Origin: Callorhinchus milii | Lineage: Eukaryota | Reading direction: 5' to 3' | DNA length: 64,000 nt | Assembly: GCF_018977255.1 (NCBI RefSeq) | Contig: NW_024704743.1 | Location: forward strand, 62,064,001-62,128,000 | Shown here: one piece after another, positions 63,996-64,000 of the stretch | How the letters are laid out: the number at the start of each line of letters is the position of its first letter | How positions within the stretch are numbered: the first letter of the stretch is position 1 | Position numbers and translations under genes: made by a program | Notes under the pieces: generated by a model | Database searches by the model: none | Told to the model about the DNA's origin: nothing | What the model saw: the letters and a program-made list of their open reading frames with translations, nothing else

Positions 63996-64000
63996 AGACG

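Noticed and set aside
27200..64000. A second protein-coding gene downstream of MTRR
   Set aside because: I found no exon chain with recognisable protein similarity; small isolated exons cannot be excluded by eye

Overview
Vertebrate genomic DNA, most likely from a cartilaginous fish (inferred from the repeat set: CR1 and L2 LINEs, DeuSINE/SacSINE1-like SINEs and a shark-type Penelope terminal repeat). Positions 1218-26547 (+) hold the last eight coding exons of methionine synthase reductase (MTRR). All have GT-AG introns, and they splice into one open frame covering the FAD- and NADPH-binding domains and ending ...RYLQDTWT*. The remaining ~37 kb is repeat-rich intergenic DNA with no further host gene I can support. 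The points of most interest are: (1) a young chimeric SINE family (tRNA-Ala head + CORE-like segment + DeuSINE 3' part + L2 tail) whose tail hairpin covaries with that of the local L2 LINE; (2) two loci that look like snapshots of SINE tail replacement; (3) a Penelope-type minimal hammerhead ribozyme motif; (4) an Arg-to-Cys change in the conserved GCR NADPH-binding motif of MTRR. Repeat boundaries were read by eye and are approximate, and family names come from recall, not from a database search.
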